Positions 16,200 through 19,461 of a DNA stretch of 19,461 nt are shown here, piece by piece. The notes below the pieces were generated by a model. The model did no database searches. It was not told the origin of the DNA and saw only the letters and a list, made by a program, of their open reading frames with translations. This stretch comes from a virus (Duplodnaviria > Heunggongvirae > Uroviricota > Caudoviricetes): positions 1-19,461 of IMG/VR virus record IMGVR_UViG_2671180427_000015. One strand, written 5' to 3'. How positions within the stretch are numbered: position 1 is the stretch's first letter; each line of letters opens with the position of its first letter. The translations under genes were made by a program, and so were the position numbers.

Positions 16200-16481
16200 A
16201 TGAGCATTCATGATTTGTGTGAAGATCAAGAGCAATGGGCTATGCAGACCCTTATGGGATCAGGAGTTCTTGCAAGGTGCAGAATCCATAACGATGTAAT
16301 TTTAGACAGCGGAAATGATGCTTCTTCTGCTTATAAATTAGGAACTTACCTATATCAAAAAGATAATAGCTGCAACTTATTCAATACTCTTACTGAAGCC
16401 CGCGACGCAATAAAGGATGCATATGAATCGTATTGTGGGATCGATGATTGCCCACAATGCTCAAAATACATTGACGATTAA
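16200..16481 (+). CDS. Ea8.5-like protein
   Basis: 93 aa from ATG 16200 (AGAGAGG upstream), the same length as lambda Ea8.5 and the same position relative to xis; shares the Cys/His pattern and C-terminal ...CPxC.K.IDD with recalled Ea8.5; AT-rich. Confidence 0.6.
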   Translation: MSIHDLCEDQEQWAMQTLMGSGVLARCRIHNDVILDSGNDASSAYKLGTYLYQKDNSCNLFNTLTEARDAIKDAYESYCGIDDCPQCSKYIDD

Positions 16482-16501
16482 TAATATGAACAAGTAACTA
16501 T

Positions 16502-16557
16502 CCTCGCACTCGCGGGGATTTCTTTTATCTGAACTCGCTACGGCGAGTTTTGTTTTA
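16502..16557 (+). terminator. Two tandem intrinsic terminators after the Ea8.5-like gene
   Basis: CCTCGC-ACTC-GCGGGG followed by ATTTCTTTT (16502..16526), and AACTCGC-TACG-GCGAGTT followed by TTGTTTT (16532..16557). Confidence 0.5.
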
Positions 16558-16569
16558 TGGCGATGATAA

Positions 16570-16737
16570 ATGCACTTCCGAGTTACAGGTGAATGGAATG
16601 GAGAACCATTCAACAGAGTTATCGAAGCCGAGAACATCAGCGACTGCTATGACCACTGGATGCTGTGGGCGCAGATAGCACATGCAGACGTAACCAATAT
16701 TCGAATTGAAGAACTGAAAGAACACCAAGCCGCCTGA
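16570..16737 (+). CDS. Small hypothetical protein (55 aa) between two terminators upstream of xis
   Basis: ATG 16570 to TGA 16735..16737, translation MHFRVTGEWNGEPFNRVIEAENISDCYDHWMLWAQIAHADVTNIRIEELKEHQAA; weak ribosome-binding site; stop codon lies in the loop of the following terminator. Confidence 0.4.
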   Translation: MHFRVTGEWNGEPFNRVIEAENISDCYDHWMLWAQIAHADVTNIRIEELKEHQAA

Positions 16738-16752
16738 TGGCGGTTTTTTCTT
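16729..16752 (+). terminator. Intrinsic terminator immediately upstream of xis
   Basis: GCCGCC-TGAT-GGCGG(T) hairpin followed by TTTTTTCTT. Confidence 0.55.
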
Positions 16753-16776
16753 GCGTGTAATTGCGGAGACTTTGCG

Positions 16777-16995
16777 ATGTACTTGACACTTCAGGAGTGG
16801 AACGCTCGCCAGCGACGCCCAAGAAGCCTTGAAACAGTTCGTCGATGGGTGCGCGAATGCAGGATATTCCCTCCTCCGGTTAAGGATGGAAGAGAATATC
16901 TGTTCCACGAATCAGCGGTAAAGGTTGACTTAAATCGACCAGTAACAGGTAGCCTTTTGAAGAGGATCAGAAATGGGAAGAAGGCGAAGTCATGA
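16777..16995 (+). CDS. xis: Excisionase Xis
   Basis: 72-aa translation matches recalled lambda Xis; overlaps the int start. Confidence 0.95.
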   Translation: MYLTLQEWNARQRRPRSLETVRRWVRECRIFPPPVKDGREYLFHESAVKVDLNRPVTGSLLKRIRNGKKAKS

Positions 16996-18043
16996 GCGCC
17001 GGGATTTACCCCCTAACCTTTATATAAGAAACAATGGATATTACTGCTACAGGGACCCAAGGACGGGTAAAGAGTTTGGATTAGGCAGAGACAGGCGAAT
17101 CGCAATCACTGAAGCTATACAGGCCAACATTGAGTTATTTTCAGGACACAAACACAAGCCTCTGACAGCGAGAATCAACAGTGATAATTCCGTTACGTTA
17201 CATTCATGGCTTGATCGCTACGAAAAAATCCTGGCCAGCAGAGGAATCAAGCAGAAGACACTCATAAATTACATGAGCAAAATTAAAGCAATAAGGAGGG
17301 GTCTGCCTGATGCTCCACTTGAAGACATCACCACAAAAGAAATTGCGGCAATGCTCAATGGATACATAGACGAGGGCAAGGCGGCGTCAGCCAAGTTAAT
17401 CAGATCAACACTGAGCGATGCATTCCGAGAGGCAATAGCTGAAGGCCATATAACAACAAACCCTGTCGCTGCCACTCGCGCAGCAAAATCAGAGGTAAGG
17501 AGATCAAGACTTACGGCTGACGAATACCTGAAAATTTATCAAGCAGCAGAATCATCACCATGTTGGCTCAGACTTGCAATGGAACTGGCTGTTGTTACCG
17601 GGCAACGAGTTGGTGATTTATGCGAAATGAAGTGGTCTGATATCGTAGATGGATATCTTTATGTCGAGCAAAGCAAAACAGGCGTAAAAATTGCCATCCC
17701 AACAACATTGCATGTTGATGCTCTCGGGATATCAATGAAGGAAACACTTGATAAATGCAAAGAGATTCTTGGCGGAGAAACCATAATTGCATCTACTCGT
17801 CGTGAACCGCTTTCATCCGGCACAGTATCAAGGTATTTTATGCGCGCACGAAAAGCATCAGGTCTTTCCTTCGAAGGGGATCCGCCTACCTTTCACGAGT
17901 TGCGCAGTTTGTCTGCAAGACTCTATGAGAAGCAGATAAGCGATAAGTTTGCTCAACATCTTCTCGGGCATAAGTCGGACACCATGGCATCACAGTATCG
18001 TGATGACAGAGGCAGGGAGTGGGACAAAATTGAAATCAAATAA
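16973..18043 (+). CDS. int: Tyrosine integrase Int
   Basis: 356-aa translation matches recalled lambda Int, including the C-terminal catalytic region ...HELRSLSARLYEKQISDKFAQHLLGHKSDTMASQYRDDRG... Confidence 0.95.
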   Translation: MGRRRSHERRDLPPNLYIRNNGYYCYRDPRTGKEFGLGRDRRIAITEAIQANIELFSGHKHKPLTARINSDNSVTLHSWLDRYEKILASRGIKQKTLINYMSKIKAIRRGLPDAPLEDITTKEIAAMLNGYIDEGKAASAKLIRSTLSDAFREAIAEGHITTNPVAATRAAKSEVRRSRLTADEYLKIYQAAESSPCWLRLAMELAVVTGQRVGDLCEMKWSDIVDGYLYVEQSKTGVKIAIPTTLHVDALGISMKETLDKCKEILGGETIIASTRREPLSSGTVSRYFMRARKASGLSFEGDPPTFHELRSLSARLYEKQISDKFAQHLLGHKSDTMASQYRDDRGREWDKIEIK

Positions 18044-18131
18044 TGATTTTATTTTGACTGATAGTGACCTGTTCGTTGCAACAAATTGATAAGCAATGCT
18101 TTTTTATAATGCCAACTTAGTATAAAAAAGC
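18044..18131. other. attL: lambda P' arm plus 15-bp core (core TTAGTATAAAAAAGC at 18117..18131 as read on the + strand)
   Basis: Sequence 18051..18131 is the reverse complement of the recalled lambda attP P' arm and core (GCTTTTTTATACTAA), with an arm-type Int site ATAGTGACC; sequence immediately right of the core (AGGCTTCAA) matches the bacterial attB flank rather than the phage P arm. Confidence 0.85.
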
Positions 18132-18177
18132 AGGCTTCAACGGATTCATTTTTCTATTTCATAGCCCGGAGCAACCT

Positions 18178-19461
18178 GTGAACACATTTTCAGTTTCCCG
18201 TCTGGCGCTGGCATTGGCTTTTGGCGTGACGCTGACCGCCTGTAGCTCAACACCACCCGATCAACGTCCTTCTGATCAAACCGCGCCTGGTACCTCTTCT
18301 CGCCCGATTCTGTCGGCAAAAGAAGCGCAGAATTTCGATGCTCAACACTATTTTGCATCCCTGACACCAGGTGCTGCAGCGTGGAATCCTTCCCCGATTA
18401 CCCTGCCTGCGCAACCTGACTTTGTTGTCGGCCCGGCGGGTACTCAAGGTGTAACGCATACCACGATTCAGGCGGCGGTAGATGCGGCAATTATCAAGCG
18501 TACCAACAAGCGCCAGTATATTGCCGTGATGCCAGGTGAGTATCAGGGAACGGTATATGTTCCTGCCGCTCCGGGTGGAATTACTCTGTACGGTACAGGT
18601 GAAAAACCGATTGATGTGAAGATTGGGCTTTCCCTTGATGGGGGCATGAGCCCTGCCGACTGGCGTCACGACGTCAACCCGCGCGGCAAATATATGCCAG
18701 GTAAACCAGCGTGGTATATGTACGATAGCTGCCAGAGCAAACGCAGCAACAGTATCGGTGTTCTCTGTTCAGCGGTCTTCTGGTCACAAAACAATGGCCT
18801 GCAACTGCAAAACCTGACCATCGAAAACACGCTGGGCGATAGCGTAGATGCGGGTAACCATCCGGCGGTGGCACTGCGTACTGATGGTGACCAGGTACAG
18901 ATTAACAACGTGAACATTCTCGGTCGTCAGAACACCTTCTTTGTCACCAACAGCGGTGTGCAGAACCGTCTGGAAACGAATCGTCAGCCGCGTACGCTGG
19001 TGACCAACAGCTACATTGAAGGGGATGTGGATATCGTTTCTGGTCGCGGCGCAGTGGTGTTCGATAACACCGAATTCCGCGTGGTGAACTCACGTACTCA
19101 GCAAGAAGCGTATGTGTTTGCACCGGCAACGCTGTCCAACATTTACTACGGTTTCCTCGCTGTAAACAGCCGTTTCAATGCTTCCGGTGATGGCGTGGCG
19201 CAACTGGGCCGCTCGCTGGATGTTGATGCCAATACCAACGGTCAGGTGGTGATCCGTGATAGCGCCATCAACGAAGGTTTTAACACGGCTAAACCGTGGG
19301 CCGATGCGGTGATCTCTAATCGTCCGTTTGCGGGTAATACCGGCAGCGTAGATGATAACGACGAAATACAGCGCAATCTGAATGACACTAACTACAACCG
19401 CATGTGGGAATACAATAACCGCGGCGTGGGTAGTAAAGTGGTTGCAGAGGCGAAGAAGTAA
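18178..19461 (+). CDS. ybhC: Host lipoprotein YbhC (pectinesterase-family outer-membrane lipoprotein) flanking attB-lambda
   Basis: 427-aa ORF with GTG start, signal peptide and lipobox (LTAC); matches recalled E. coli YbhC, the gene adjacent to the lambda attachment site; higher GC than the prophage cargo. Confidence 0.85.
   Translation: MNTFSVSRLALALAFGVTLTACSSTPPDQRPSDQTAPGTSSRPILSAKEAQNFDAQHYFASLTPGAAAWNPSPITLPAQPDFVVGPAGTQGVTHTTIQAAVDAAIIKRTNKRQYIAVMPGEYQGTVYVPAAPGGITLYGTGEKPIDVKIGLSLDGGMSPADWRHDVNPRGKYMPGKPAWYMYDSCQSKRSNSIGVLCSAVFWSQNNGLQLQNLTIENTLGDSVDAGNHPAVALRTDGDQVQINNVNILGRQNTFFVTNSGVQNRLETNRQPRTLVTNSYIEGDVDIVSGRGAVVFDNTEFRVVNSRTQQEAYVFAPATLSNIYYGFLAVNSRFNASGDGVAQLGRSLDVDANTNGQVVIRDSAINEGFNTAKPWADAVISNRPFAGNTGSVDDNDEIQRNLNDTNYNRMWEYNNRGVGSKVVAEAKK

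Larger units (their letters stand above)
1..18131. mobile_element. Lambdoid prophage, early/regulatory half (Q through int) ending at attL; continues beyond the window start
   Basis: Gene content and order match phage lambda Q-nin-ren-P-O-cII-cro-cI-N-ral-cIII-kil-gam-bet-exo-xis-int in inverted orientation, ending in a lambda attP-arm/core junction next to host ybhC. Confidence 0.9.

Noticed and set aside
17269-18917. Minus-strand ORFs overlapping int and ybhC (17269..17475, 17595..17792, 18146..18367, 18247..18669, 18666..18917, 18674..18874, 18944..19129)
   Set aside because: Overlap well-supported genes on the + strand; no independent evidence.
1-19461. CRISPR arrays, tRNA/rRNA genes, Shiga-toxin or other recognisable toxin cargo
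   Set aside because: I found no direct-repeat/spacer arrays or tRNA-like sequences, and the Q-downstream moron has no resemblance to stxAB.

Overview
The window is about 18.1 kb of a lambda-like (lambdoid) prophage early region plus its left attachment junction and one host gene. It is inverted relative to the standard lambda map. Reading left to right: a 5' part of a late-operon gene (minus), an AT-rich 252-aa membrane-protein moron (minus), a pR'-like late promoter, Q, a nin region (ninI, ninG, ninF, ninE, an orphan Dam-like N6-adenine methyltransferase, ninB), tR2, ren, P, O with ori iterons, a cII-like gene, nutR and a cro-like gene (all minus). Then on the plus strand: a cI repressor with a lambda-type C-terminal domain but a non-lambda N-terminal DNA-binding domain, an AT-rich 332-aa cargo ORF in the position lambda uses for rexAB, pL/nutL, an N-like antiterminator, orf28, ral, ea10, cIII, kil, gam, bet, exo, orf60a/orf63/orf61-like genes, a TraR/DksA-like zinc-finger gene, an Ea22-like gene, a 251-aa ORF with queuine tRNA-ribosyltransferase (TGT/DpdA)-like motifs, a MazG-like/DUF551 reading frame split by an in-frame amber codon, an Ea8.5-like gene, xis, int, attL with the lambda 15-bp core, and host ybhC. 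The strongest candidates for something undescribed are the immunity-region cargo ORF (8381..9379), the TGT/DpdA-like ORF (14522..15277) and the late-operon membrane moron (703..1461). All identifications rest on reading the translations and on recalled lambda sequences; no database search was run. No rRNA, tRNA or CRISPR array was seen.
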